Shown here: positions 37,197 through 47,893 of the stretch, one piece after another
How positions within the stretch are numbered: position 1 is the stretch's first letter
Layout of the letters: each line of letters opens with the position of its first letter
Source of the DNA: an uncultured Candidatus Rokubacteria bacterium
GTDB lineage: Bacteria > Methylomirabilota > Methylomirabilia > Rokubacteriales > DASRDR01
Assembly (NCBI GenBank): GCA_963826115.1
Contig: CAWGVS010000006.1
Span: 192,001-256,000, forward strand
Length of the DNA: 64,000 bases
Direction of reading: 5' to 3'
Notes under the pieces: generated by a model
Told to the model about the DNA's origin: nothing
Seen by the model: only the letters and a program-made list of their open reading frames with translations
The model's database searches: none
Program-made: the position numbers and the translations under genes

Positions 37197-37775
37197 TCAG
37201 TGCCCGGGCGGTGGGGATCCGCCGTCCAGCGCGTGACCCCGCAGCTCCGCGTAGCGGGCGAGCTGCGCCGGGTGGAGCACGGCGCGGGTTGCGAGGTGCG
37301 CGTTGAGGTGCACCGCGCGCAGCTCGCCCCGGAGCGCCGCGATGCGGTCGAGGCGCGGCCGGAGGCTCGTGACGTCGATCGTGCCGCTCCTGAACGCCAG
37401 CGCCAGCTCTCGCTCGCTGTCGAGCACGAGACTGCCCACGCGCCGGGCCTCGAGCTCCATGGCCCGGCCGATGTCTTGGACCTGGGCGACCTGCTCCTTC
37501 GAGAGCGGAAGGGATCCGGCAGTCCAGGCGTCCAGCACGTGCCGGGGACCTGGATAGCCCTGGACATCGGCAACCCGGGCCAGACCCATCCCCCGACCTT
37601 CACGGAGCTCGGCGATCTCGTCCGTGCCGAGACCTGGGATCTCCACGCCCGGAGTGGCATGGTGCGGGGCGCCGGAGGCTCGGGAGGGCATCGGCCCGCT
37701 GTGCTGCGCGCCGGCCGCCAACGGCACGATCAGGCTGAGCGCCAAGAGACCTCCGGTCGCGAGGCGGGTGCGCAT
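37197..37775 (-). CDS. Secreted Spy/CpxP-like or heavy-metal-sensor-like helical protein
   Basis: Signal peptide, GRGMGLA...GYPGPRHVL, LSKEQ, HLNAHL, LHPAQLARYAELRGH. Confidence 0.7.
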   Translation of the reverse strand: MRTRLATGGLLALSLIVPLAAGAQHSGPMPSRASGAPHHATPGVEIPGLGTDEIAELREGRGMGLARVADVQGYPGPRHVLDAWTAGSLPLSKEQVAQVQDIGRAMELEARRVGSLVLDSERELALAFRSGTIDVTSLRPRLDRIAALRGELRAVHLNAHLATRAVLHPAQLARYAELRGHALDGGSPPPGH

Positions 37776-37876
37776 GGGCGGGATCCCTCCGGAGTATCGG
37801 GCCGGGGCTCGCCCGGCCGGGGGTGATCGACGTCGCTAGCCTACCATGGGGGTCGGGGGCGCGGTACGATCGGACC

Positions 37877-38179
37877 ATGACCCCGGGGCGTGGGCTCGTG
37901 CTGGCGCTCCTGATCCTCGGGAGCGTCGCGTGCGGCGCGGGCACGCGCTGGGAGCGGCCGGGCGGGACCGAGGCCGACCGCAAGGGCGACGAGACCGACT
38001 GCGCCGCGCTGGCTAACCGGGACCGGTCGGTGCCGGCCCAGCGTATCGTCACGCGCCCCGGCGGCCGCACCACCGAGGGGGTCGAGCTGGTCACCGTCCG
38101 GGACTTCGACTCCGGCGTGTTCGACGAGTGCATGCGGAGCCGCGGCTACCAGCGGGTTCCGGTCGCCCCGCCGGGCTAG
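37877..38179 (+). CDS. Small hypothetical lipoprotein
   Basis: Lipobox SVA-C; DETDC...FDECMRSRGY; paralog of next gene. Confidence 0.75.
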   Translation: MTPGRGLVLALLILGSVACGAGTRWERPGGTEADRKGDETDCAALANRDRSVPAQRIVTRPGGRTTEGVELVTVRDFDSGVFDECMRSRGYQRVPVAPPG

Positions 38180-38236
38180 CCGGGGCCTTCCGGCTCCCGT
38201 CGCCCGCCGGGCTCGAACCGTGCTAGGATGCCGGCC

Positions 38237-38527
38237 ATGCGATATCTAGCCGTGGTCGTGGCCGCCTTGGCCCTGGCGTCCTGCGGGACGGCGGTGAAGT
38301 GGCAGAAGCAGGGTGTGGGCGCGGCGGAGCAGCAGAAGGACGAGACCGCCTGCACCTCCCTCGCGAACCGGGAAGGCACCATCCCGTCGGCGAGTACCGC
38401 CGGGACGACGACCGGGACGCCCGTTGCTTCCCAGCAGACCCGGATCCAGACCTACGACGCGCAGGCCTTCGAGGAGTGCATGCGGACCCGCGGCTACGAG
38501 CGGGTCCCGGCTCGCCCGCCGGCTTAG
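38237..38527 (+). CDS. Small hypothetical lipoprotein
   Basis: Lipobox LAS-C; DETAC...FEECMRTRGY; paralog of previous gene. Confidence 0.78.
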   Translation: MRYLAVVVAALALASCGTAVKWQKQGVGAAEQQKDETACTSLANREGTIPSASTAGTTTGTPVASQQTRIQTYDAQAFEECMRTRGYERVPARPPA

Positions 38528-38979
38528 CTGTCCGACTCGCTCCTCCGGCCGGCCGCGCGCGCCGTCGGAGGTGTGCCCTCTCGCCCGAGGTCTCGTGGCG
38601 CTCGCTGCAGGCTCCTCACGTACTGGACGACTGCCTCGATGTCCTTCTCGCTCAGGACGAAGCCGAAGGACGGCATTCCGGGCTTCCCGAAGGTCGATCC
38701 CCCGTGACGGATCAGGTCCACCAGGTACTGGTCCGCCTGTGACACCATCGCCGGGCTTCCCAGGTCGCCGGGCCGCAGGAAGAGCAGCCGCGCCCGCCAC
38801 GAGTCCCCGCGCCCGGCTCGCCCGTGACAGGTCGCGCAGTGCGCCTGGTACAGCGCGCGGCCGGGCTCCGGGCCGCGCGGCGACGGCGGCACAGGCGCCT
38901 GGATGAGGAGCACGGCCGTCGCGATGAGCGCCGCCGCGGCGACGCCGACGCCGCCCCAGGCCAGGGCGCGCCGGCTCAC
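38524..38979 (-). CDS. Membrane-anchored monoheme cytochrome c
   Basis: N-terminal TM helix, LYQAHCATCHG (CxxCH), distal PGMPSFG. Confidence 0.88.
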   Translation of the reverse strand: MSRRALAWGGVGVAAAALIATAVLLIQAPVPPSPRGPEPGRALYQAHCATCHGRAGRGDSWRARLLFLRPGDLGSPAMVSQADQYLVDLIRHGGSTFGKPGMPSFGFVLSEKDIEAVVQYVRSLQRAPRDLGREGTPPTARAAGRRSESDS

Positions 38980-39139
38980 CGCGCGACCTTCCGATCGACG
39001 GCATCCCACCCGTCGCCGCGAGCCGGGGCGAGCGTGGTCACCGACATGACGGCGCCGGGCCGAGCGTCGGCACGGTCCTACTCTACCCGAGGCGCCGGCC
39101 CGGGGCGGTGGTGGCCGGGGAGGGGTCAGGGAGAACGCG

Positions 39140-39169
39140 ACGGCGGGGAGCCGCGAGGCTCCCCGCCGT
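39140..39169 (-). terminator. Putative terminator hairpin downstream of sugar ABC ATPase
   Basis: 13-bp perfect stem ACGGCGGGGAGCC-GCGA-GGCTCCCCGCCGT; weak U-tract. Confidence 0.6.
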
Positions 39170-39203
39170 GGGTGCGACGACGGACGGCGCGACCGCCCGT
39201 CCG

Positions 39204-40301
<1,098 letters not shown>

Positions 40302-40393
40302 GCGGCTCTCCCTTTGGATCCTGGCAGGTGATGGTTCCGTGGTTAGGACGGCGGCGTCCAGGAGTCGATCGCCGTCAACCGTGACTGGCCGCT

Positions 40394-40422
40394 AGAATCG
40401 CTATCGGGGGAGGGCGTGTCAA
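40394..40422 (-). promoter_or_regulatory. Putative sigma70 promoter TTGACA-N17-GATTCT for the ATPase gene
   Basis: Perfect -35 box with 17-nt spacer ~90 nt upstream of 40301. Confidence 0.5.
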
Positions 40423-40451
40423 GGCCCGCCACCGGTCTGCGTGCCGGCGGC

Positions 40452-41531
40452 TCACAGGCCCGGGCGCGCCCGGAGACGCAGGATCCGGTCGCGCGAGGAC
40501 TCGGCGATGTAGAGGTGCCCGTCTCCGTCGAGCGCCAACCCCGCAGGGTCCCTGAGGTTCTGGGCCACGGTCTCCACCGCGCCGTTCGGCCAGACGCGAA
40601 AGACGCGACCCACGTGGAAGCCGCCACTGACGAAGAGGGAGCCGTCCGGGGCGGCGACCATGCTGGTCCGGTTGTACTCGCCCAGGCCCTGGGGTAGCCG
40701 GGTCACGCGCTGGACGGCGCCGCCGGGGAGCAGGCGGAGCAGCGCGCCCGTGGGCTCGAGGAGCGCCACGTCGCCCGCCGGGAGCGGCGCCACCGCGACG
40801 AAGTAGCCCAGGAGCCCTGGGATCCGGCCGGTCCCCAGCCGGGGGAAGAGCGGAATGGCGCGATCGAGCCGGCGCGGGAGCGGGACGCTCGGATCGCGCG
40901 CGAGCCGGAACAGGAGAGGGCCGCGGTATTCGTCCTCACGGAGCGGCTCGAGTCCGCGCGGACCGCCCTCCTCGCCCGGCGCCAGCGTCCGGTCGACGTA
41001 GTCGAGGACCAGGAGCCGCCCGTCCTGGTCCAGGGCCAGCCCGCCGCCCGCGGGCACGCGGTGGAGCCCGGTGGCGTATCGTGCGAGCTCGCCGGCCGGC
41101 TCGAGGCGGTAGACCCGCGTCCCGTTCTCCTCCCCGAGGAACAGCTGGTGGGTCACCGGATCGAGGGCGAGGCTGCCGAAGGTCGCCGAGCGGCCCTCAC
41201 TGAAGGCCAGGCGGTGCGCCGGGCGCACCGCGTCGACGGGCAGGGTCCCGCCGAGGTCGACGTGGTAGAGCTCGCCCGCGGTGTCGCCGCGGGGGCCCGG
41301 CCCGAGCACGACGAGCGTGACGCCGTCGACGGCGAGCTGCGCCGGGCGCGGGATGCCGGTCGCCACCGTCTCGAGGCCGGCAGGCCCGGGGGGCGGGCCC
41401 GGTCCCTGGGAACGCGCGATCGGAGCCGGGCCGAGGATGAGGACGAGCAGGAGCGGGAGCAGAATCCAGCGCGGGAGCCGGCTCACCGGCCCCGGTCGAC
41501 CGAGTCCGGTCGCCGGCTCCCGCCGCCGCAC
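40452..41531 (-). CDS. Secreted NHL/beta-propeller repeat protein
   Basis: Signal peptide; repeats GLALDQDGRLLV, APDGSLFVS, PAGLALDGDGHLYIAE; start may be ~41486. Confidence 0.75.
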   Translation of the reverse strand: MRRREPATGLGRPGPVSRLPRWILLPLLLVLILGPAPIARSQGPGPPPGPAGLETVATGIPRPAQLAVDGVTLVVLGPGPRGDTAGELYHVDLGGTLPVDAVRPAHRLAFSEGRSATFGSLALDPVTHQLFLGEENGTRVYRLEPAGELARYATGLHRVPAGGGLALDQDGRLLVLDYVDRTLAPGEEGGPRGLEPLREDEYRGPLLFRLARDPSVPLPRRLDRAIPLFPRLGTGRIPGLLGYFVAVAPLPAGDVALLEPTGALLRLLPGGAVQRVTRLPQGLGEYNRTSMVAAPDGSLFVSGGFHVGRVFRVWPNGAVETVAQNLRDPAGLALDGDGHLYIAESSRDRILRLRARPGL

Positions 41532-41543
41532 TGCCGTGGCAGG

Positions 41544-42836
41544 CTACGCGAACTTCGCGTACACCGCCTTGATCTTGTCCTCGGCCCACTTGACGGTGGC
41601 CTCGAGGTCGAGCTTGTCGGTGCAGTACTGCGCGAGGGCATCGACCATGATGAACTGCTGGTACACCTCGTCGGCCGCCGGGTTGAACGGCCCGGGGTAG
41701 CCGATGGTGAAGTGGTAGTCGGCGTCCTGCTCGAGGGGCTTCAGCTTCGGGTCGTCGCTGATGATCGGGAGCGGCGGCTTCGCGAAGGCCTTCAGCATCG
41801 GCATGTTGTAGCCCGTCGACGCCTTCGCCCCCTCGCGGTAGTTGTCGGTCAGGGCCTCCAGGAAGGCCTTGGCCGCGTCCTGGTTCTTGGAGAACCTCGT
41901 GATGCCATAGGCGCGGCAGTTCGCGAAGGAGCGCCGCATCGCCGGACCCTTCGGGGAGAGCGAGACGTAGACCTTCGACGCGAGGTCCTTGTTCTGCCCC
42001 TCGATGCTCCGGTACGCGCTGATCGGATTGTGGATCCAGGAACCCCGGCCGGAGGCGAGGAAGCGGTTGTTGGACGCGTCGTCCCACGCGAGGACCTCGG
42101 GAGTCATCGCATCCTTGTAGAGCGCCCGCATGAACTTGAGCGCGTCGCGCATCTCCTTGGAGTTGTACGTGATCGTCTTGCCGTCCTTGGCGACCTCGGA
42201 GGCGCCGTGCGACCACATGATCGCCCGCCAGGATGCCCGGGAGTCGTCGTGGTGCGCGAGGCCGATGCCGACCGGGAAGCCCTTGGCCTTCAGCTTCGAC
42301 CCGCCCTGGTGGAGCTCCTCCCAGGAGTCCGGGCCGTTCGGCATGCCGACCTCGGTCCACAGATCCTTCCGGTAGAGGCCCGGAAAGTCGATGAAGAAGT
42401 CGGGGATCGTGTGGAACTTCCCACCCTTGGCCTGGGAGTAGTTCTCGGCCAGCGGGGTCCAGCCTCCGTGCTTCTGGCCGATTTTGTCGGCCAGGTCCTG
42501 GACGTTCACCAGCGCCTCGGCCCACTTCTCGGCGCCGGACCCGACCAGCTGGACGATGTCGTGACCGGACTGGGTGGCGACCTCGGCCGCGATCTTCGCC
42601 GGGATCTGGAGGTGCGGAACGTGGTCGATGACAGCCTTGATCCCGCTCTTGTTGCTCCACTCGTCCGTCCACTTGTCGAGCCACTGGTCGTAGGCCGGGA
42701 CGAAGTGGCTCCAGGCGAGGATCCGGATCTCCTTCTGCTGCGCCCACGACGGGCGGACCCAGACGTGGGGGAACGCGCCGGCCGCGGCCGTGCCGGCCGC
42801 GGTGCCCAGGAACTGTCGCCGAGTCAGTTTGGCCAT
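41544..42836 (-). CDS. Carbohydrate ABC substrate-binding protein, Tat-exported
   Basis: TRRQFL signal, LYRKDLW, PDSWEEL, WDDASNNR. Confidence 0.92.
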   Translation of the reverse strand: MAKLTRRQFLGTAAGTAAAGAFPHVWVRPSWAQQKEIRILAWSHFVPAYDQWLDKWTDEWSNKSGIKAVIDHVPHLQIPAKIAAEVATQSGHDIVQLVGSGAEKWAEALVNVQDLADKIGQKHGGWTPLAENYSQAKGGKFHTIPDFFIDFPGLYRKDLWTEVGMPNGPDSWEELHQGGSKLKAKGFPVGIGLAHHDDSRASWRAIMWSHGASEVAKDGKTITYNSKEMRDALKFMRALYKDAMTPEVLAWDDASNNRFLASGRGSWIHNPISAYRSIEGQNKDLASKVYVSLSPKGPAMRRSFANCRAYGITRFSKNQDAAKAFLEALTDNYREGAKASTGYNMPMLKAFAKPPLPIISDDPKLKPLEQDADYHFTIGYPGPFNPAADEVYQQFIMVDALAQYCTDKLDLEATVKWAEDKIKAVYAKFA

Positions 42837-42867
42837 GCCTCTCCTCCTTGTTGTTCGGGTCAGGCTT

Positions 42868-43728
42868 TTACTTCAGCGCACCAGCCGTGAGGCCGTGAAT
42901 GAAGTGGTCCAGGCTGAACGCGTAGACGATCGCCACCGGGATCGCGCCGATCAGCGCCCCCGACATGAGGGAGCCCCAGTAGAAGACGTCGCCGCGAATG
43001 AGGTCGGTGGTGACCCCGTAGGCGATCGTCTTGTTCGCGGAGGCCGAGATGAAGGTCAGCGCGTAGATGTACTCCTGGTACGTCAGCGTGAATGCGAAGA
43101 TCCCGGCCGTGATGATGCCGGGCACGATGACCGGAATGATGATCATCCGGAAGGCCTGGAAGCGCGTGCAGCCGTCGATCTGGGCGCTCTCCTCGATCTC
43201 GCGAGGCACGGTGCGGACGAAGCCCATGAGGAGCCAGGTGCAGAAGGGCACCGTGAAGGACGGGTAGACCGCGACGAGGGCCCAGATGGAGTCGGTGAAC
43301 CCGAGCCCGCGCACCAGCTGCGAGAGGGGCAGGAACAGGAGCGCGGGGGGGATGAGGTACGAGAGGAACATGCCGACCGACAGCGACTGGCTCCCCGGGA
43401 ACCGCATGCGCGCCAGCGCGTACGCCGCTGGCAGCCCGAGGAGCAGCGTGATGGCGACGACGCAGACGCCGATGAAGATGCTGTTCTTGAGCCAGGTCAG
43501 GAACAGCGTGTGCTGCAGGAGGAGGTCCAGGTGCGCGAGGGTCGGCGGCTCCTTGAACCAGAAGGGCGCCGTCGTGAGGTTGTAGAGGTCGTTGTCGCGC
43601 TTGAAGGCGGTGATGACCATCCAGTAGAAGGGGAACAGCACCACGAAGAGGTACGGCGACAGGGGCAGGTACGGGCCGTAGTCGCGGACCAGGCGCCGCC
43701 AGACCCGCCGGGAGCGTTCCGTCGACAT
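42868..43728 (-). CDS. Carbohydrate ABC permease (MalG-like)
   Basis: AAYALARMRF, EIEESAQIDG, GLTAGALK. Confidence 0.93.
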   Translation of the reverse strand: MSTERSRRVWRRLVRDYGPYLPLSPYLFVVLFPFYWMVITAFKRDNDLYNLTTAPFWFKEPPTLAHLDLLLQHTLFLTWLKNSIFIGVCVVAITLLLGLPAAYALARMRFPGSQSLSVGMFLSYLIPPALLFLPLSQLVRGLGFTDSIWALVAVYPSFTVPFCTWLLMGFVRTVPREIEESAQIDGCTRFQAFRMIIIPVIVPGIITAGIFAFTLTYQEYIYALTFISASANKTIAYGVTTDLIRGDVFYWGSLMSGALIGAIPVAIVYAFSLDHFIHGLTAGALK

Positions 43729-43732
43729 CGCG

Positions 43733-44671
43733 CTACTCCCTCCGCAAGAACCGGAGCATCACGATGACGATGATCGCGAGCAGGGGGAAGATGAACAGCG
43801 TGATCGCCGCCCCCATGCCGATGTCGCCGGCGTTGATGCCGATGTTGTACGCGTACGTGCCGAACACGTGCGTGGTGTTGTACGGCCCGCCCTGCGTGAG
43901 CAGCCAGACCGCCGAGAAGTCCGTGAACGAGAACACGATCGAATACAGGAGGCCGACGAAGAGGATCGGCCGGATGATCGGCACGACCACGTAGTGGAAG
44001 CGGCGGAGCGGCCCCGCCCCGTCGATCTTGGCGGCCTCGATGACCTCCTGGGGGACCGCGGTGAGCCCGGCCAGCAGGATCACCGCCGAGAACGGGAAGC
44101 CGCGCCACACGTTCAGGACGATCACCGCGCACATGGCCAGTCCGGGCTCGCCCAGCCACTGCCACGGGTAGTCGATGAGCCCGGCGTGCATGAGCATCCA
44201 GTTGATGACGCTGTAGAGCGAGTCGAACATCCACTTCCACGCGAGAGCCGACAGCGCGATGGGAATGACGAAGGGGATGAGGATGAGTCCCTGGACGAAT
44301 CGCTTTCCCTTGAACGAGCGGTTCAGGGCGAACGCGAGCGGGAGGCCGATGACGAGACGGATCAGCTCGGAGCCGATGGTGAAGACGAACGAGTTCCGGA
44401 CGGTCTGCCAGAAGGTCGGATCCTGGAACAGCCGCTGGTAGTTGAGGAGGCCGACGAAGTGGTGCTCGGGGCTCCCGACGCGGGCGCTCGACAGAGAGAG
44501 ATAGATCGACATGACGAACGGGTAGGCGATGAAGAAGGCGAGGTAGAGGAACGCCGGCGCGATCCAGAGGAAGCCCTGCACGGACTCCCGGCCCCAGCCG
44601 GCGCGCACCCCGGTGGCGGGGGCCGGGACCGCGAGCGATGACGGGGTGGCGAGCTCCTGGCCGTTGGGCAC
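43733..44671 (-). CDS. Carbohydrate ABC permease (MalF-like)
   Basis: FVGLLNY, EVIEAAKIDGAG, LTQGGP. Confidence 0.93.
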   Translation of the reverse strand: MPNGQELATPSSLAVPAPATGVRAGWGRESVQGFLWIAPAFLYLAFFIAYPFVMSIYLSLSSARVGSPEHHFVGLLNYQRLFQDPTFWQTVRNSFVFTIGSELIRLVIGLPLAFALNRSFKGKRFVQGLILIPFVIPIALSALAWKWMFDSLYSVINWMLMHAGLIDYPWQWLGEPGLAMCAVIVLNVWRGFPFSAVILLAGLTAVPQEVIEAAKIDGAGPLRRFHYVVVPIIRPILFVGLLYSIVFSFTDFSAVWLLTQGGPYNTTHVFGTYAYNIGINAGDIGMGAAITLFIFPLLAIIVIVMLRFLRRE

Positions 44672-44689
44672 GGAGGGGAGGGGGACCCG

Positions 44690-45571
44690 TCAGCCCTTGA
44701 CGGCGCCGGTCAGGCCGGCCACGTAGTGCTCGACGAAGAACGAGTACATCAAGGCGACCGGGATCGAGCCCAACAGCGCGCCGGCCATGAGCGGCCCCCA
44801 GTAGAAGACGTCGCCTCGAATGAGCTCGGACACGACGCCCACCGGCACGGTCTTCTGCTGTGGGGACGAAAGGAAGACGAGCGCGTAGATGAACTCGTTC
44901 CACGACAGCGTGAACGCGAAGATGCCCGCCGACAGGATGCCGGGCATGGCGATCGGGAAGACGATCTGGACCATGGCCCGGATGCGGCTGGCCCCGTCGA
45001 TGCGCGCGCACTCCTCGAGCTCCTTGGGAATCGTCTTGAAGTAGCCCATGAGGAGCCACGTGCAGAACGGGATGAGGAACGTCGGGTACGTCAGGATCAG
45101 AGACCAGGGGGTGTCGCCCAGCCGGAAGTTCCGGATGATGTTGGCGAGCGGAATGAACAGGAGCGTCGGCGGGACCAGATACGTGACGAAGATGCTCGTG
45201 CCGATACCGCCCGCCAGCGGGAACCGCAGCCGCGCCAGGGCGTATCCGGCCAGCAGTCCGCAGAACACCGAGATCAGCGTCGACACGATCGCGATGAACA
45301 TCGTGTTGTAGAGCCACGTTGCGAACATCGTCTCCCGGAAGAGGTACGTCACGTGCTCCCAGGTGGGATGGGTGGTCCAGAAGGGCGTGTTGTTGACCGC
45401 GCGCCACGGCCGGTACAGCTCGCCGTCGGGCCGGAAGGCGGTGATCAGCATCCAGTAGAAGGGGAACAGCGTCCCGACCACGAACACGGTCAGGGGGATG
45501 TAGAAGTAGACCCACTTCTTCCACCGAACCCCCTCGACCATCCCCGCGCCGGAGCCGCCGCGGCCAGCCAT
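44690..45571 (-). CDS. Carbohydrate ABC permease (MalG-like)
   Basis: AGYALARLRF, ELEECARIDGAS, SWNEF, GLTGAVKG. Confidence 0.93.
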   Translation of the reverse strand: MAGRGGSGAGMVEGVRWKKWVYFYIPLTVFVVGTLFPFYWMLITAFRPDGELYRPWRAVNNTPFWTTHPTWEHVTYLFRETMFATWLYNTMFIAIVSTLISVFCGLLAGYALARLRFPLAGGIGTSIFVTYLVPPTLLFIPLANIIRNFRLGDTPWSLILTYPTFLIPFCTWLLMGYFKTIPKELEECARIDGASRIRAMVQIVFPIAMPGILSAGIFAFTLSWNEFIYALVFLSSPQQKTVPVGVVSELIRGDVFYWGPLMAGALLGSIPVALMYSFFVEHYVAGLTGAVKG

Positions 45572-46557
45572 CACGCGCCCTCCACCCGGCGGATGTACCA
45601 GAGCTGGATGACCACGATGATGAAGAGCAGCGGGAAGATGGCCAGGGACGCGGCGGCGCCCTCGCCGAGGAGCCCCGTGTTGATGCCGATCTGGTACGCG
45701 TAGGTGGCGAAGAGGTGGGTCGCGTTGGCGGGCCCGCCATTGGTGAGCACGTAGACCAGCTGGAAGTCGGCGAACGTCTGGATGACGGAGAAGAGCGTCA
45801 CCACCATCGTCACCGGGAGGAGGAGCGGCCAGGTGATCCGCCAGAAGCGCTGCCAGGCGTTGGCGCCGTCCATGGCCGCCGCTTCGTGGAGCTCCGGGCT
45901 CACCGTCTGAAGCCCGGCCAGAAGCGTGATCGCGTAGAAGGGCATGCCCCGCCAGACGTTCACGATGATGATCGACCCCAGGGCCAGCGTCGGGTCGGTC
46001 AGCCAGCCGATCCGCGTCTGGATGATTCCGGCGTGATAGAGCGTCCAGTTCAGGACGCTGAAGGTCGGGTCGAACATCCACTTCCAGGCGAAGGCCGACA
46101 GCACGGTCGGCACGATGAAGGGGAGCAGCATCGAGGCGCGGACCAGGCGCTTCCCCTTGAAATGGCGATTCAGCAGCAGGGCTAGCCACATTCCGAGCAC
46201 GAGCTTGCCGACAGTGGCGAGCCCCGTGTACACGAACGTGTTGTAGGCGGCTTGCTGGAAGATCGAGTCGTTCCAGATCTTGACAAAGTTCTTGAAGCCC
46301 ACGAAGACGCCGGGAACCCCGACGGTCGCGCTGGTGAGGGAGATCCAGACGCCCTTGACGAAAGGATAGGCGATGAAGAGCGCGAGCAGGAGGATCGTGG
46401 GCGCGAGGAGTATCCACCCGAGGACTCGCTCGTCCTCGAGGAATCGTCCCCTCGCCCCCGCGCGCCGGGCGACCGGGACGATGGCGGGCACGGCGGTAGC
46501 CTGCCCAACCTCGCCCCGGCCGCCGGCGATCGGTCGGATGCGGCGGCCCTTGCTCAT
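45571..46557 (-). CDS. Carbohydrate ABC permease (MalF-like)
   Basis: FVGFKNF, ELHEAAAMDGAN, LTNGGP. Confidence 0.93.
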   Translation of the reverse strand: MSKGRRIRPIAGGRGEVGQATAVPAIVPVARRAGARGRFLEDERVLGWILLAPTILLLALFIAYPFVKGVWISLTSATVGVPGVFVGFKNFVKIWNDSIFQQAAYNTFVYTGLATVGKLVLGMWLALLLNRHFKGKRLVRASMLLPFIVPTVLSAFAWKWMFDPTFSVLNWTLYHAGIIQTRIGWLTDPTLALGSIIIVNVWRGMPFYAITLLAGLQTVSPELHEAAAMDGANAWQRFWRITWPLLLPVTMVVTLFSVIQTFADFQLVYVLTNGGPANATHLFATYAYQIGINTGLLGEGAAASLAIFPLLFIIVVIQLWYIRRVEGA

Positions 46558-46582
46558 GACCGGGCCGCCTCCGAGTTCATCT

Positions 46583-47893
46583 CTATGCGCCGTAGACCTT
46601 CTTCAGCTCGGCCTCGGCCCACTTCACCGATTCCTCGGCCGGCATACCCTGGATGGCCTTCGCGTACATGTCCACGATGATGTACTTCGAGTACGCTTCC
46701 GAAGCCTTGGCATTGGCCGGCCCGGCCCAGCCGAAGAGCCGGAGCTTGCTGGCGGCGTCCTTGTAGGGCAGCATCACGGGGTCCTGCTGCCACATGGGGT
46801 GGGACTCCCACACCTTGGTCAGGCCCTGCGCGAAGCCCTTCTGGGCGGTGAACCAGTACTCCATCTGCGGCTTGGCGTACCACCACTTCAGGAAGTCCTT
46901 GGCGAGCTTCTGGTTCTTCGAGTAGCTCATGATGCCGTGGTTGAACGCGGTGTGGATCGCGTAGGCGCCCGCGGGCCCGGGTGGGTGCGCGGCGTGCAGG
47001 ATGTCGGTGTGCATCAGCGCGCCCTTGTCGGTCTTGTACTTCTCCTTGTTCCGGAGCGACTCGATGTAGATCGACGCGCCGTTGACGGTGGCGGAGATGG
47101 TGCCGGAGAGGAAGGCCCGGTTGTTGTTCGAGTCGTCCCAGGCCAGACCGCCCTCGTCGCAGGCGTCCTTCCAGAAGCCCGTGAAGAACTTCACGGACTC
47201 GACGGTTTCCTTCGAATTGATGCCGACCTTCCCGTCGGTCCCGACTTCCTTCCCGCCCCACGCCCACATGGCGGGATACCAGAAGGTGGGGGCGTCGCCG
47301 AACGTGTGGCCAGCCGTCTGGCCGATCGGATAGCCCTTGGCCTTGAGCTTCTTGCCGACGTCGCGGTAGGCGTCCCAGGTCTTCGGGAACTCGTTGGCGC
47401 CGACCTCGGCGAAGAGCGACTTCCGGTAGGCGACCATGCCGCCGACCACGACGTGAGGCGCGGCGCGCCAGACCCCGTTGACCTTCGCCAGGCCCTCGGC
47501 AGCCGGATAGTAGCCGCCCTGCTCCTTCCCGATCAGGTCCACGATGTCACCGACGTCGATCAGGCTCTTTTCGTAGAGATGCGCGAGGTTGTGCTGGAGG
47601 AGGAAGATGTCGGCGCCGCTACCCGACGAGATCGCAGCCGTGATGCGCGGCTGGATGTCGTTCGCGTTGATCGTCTCGACCGTGATCTCCGCGCCCAGCG
47701 CCTTCCCCGCGTCCACCGCCTGCTTCTTGAGCGCCTCATCGGCCGCGGGGACGAAGTCGACCCAGCGGACCATGTGGAGCTTCTGGCCCTGTGCGTACGC
47801 CGGGGCCCGACCCGACGCGAGAATGCCCGCCAACCCGGCGGTAGCGGCACCCGAGGCCTTCAGGAACGACCGGCGATCCAATGTATCCGCCAT
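46583..47893 (-). CDS. Carbohydrate ABC substrate-binding protein, Tat-exported
   Basis: DRRSFLK signal, AYRKSLF, PKTWD, WDDSNNNRAFL; AGGAGG RBS. Confidence 0.92.
   Translation of the reverse strand: MADTLDRRSFLKASGAATAGLAGILASGRAPAYAQGQKLHMVRWVDFVPAADEALKKQAVDAGKALGAEITVETINANDIQPRITAAISSGSGADIFLLQHNLAHLYEKSLIDVGDIVDLIGKEQGGYYPAAEGLAKVNGVWRAAPHVVVGGMVAYRKSLFAEVGANEFPKTWDAYRDVGKKLKAKGYPIGQTAGHTFGDAPTFWYPAMWAWGGKEVGTDGKVGINSKETVESVKFFTGFWKDACDEGGLAWDDSNNNRAFLSGTISATVNGASIYIESLRNKEKYKTDKGALMHTDILHAAHPPGPAGAYAIHTAFNHGIMSYSKNQKLAKDFLKWWYAKPQMEYWFTAQKGFAQGLTKVWESHPMWQQDPVMLPYKDAASKLRLFGWAGPANAKASEAYSKYIIVDMYAKAIQGMPAEESVKWAEAELKKVYGA

Noticed and set aside
36515-37876. TPP riboswitch upstream of tenA
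   Set aside because: No non-coding space and no recognisable TPP aptamer motifs
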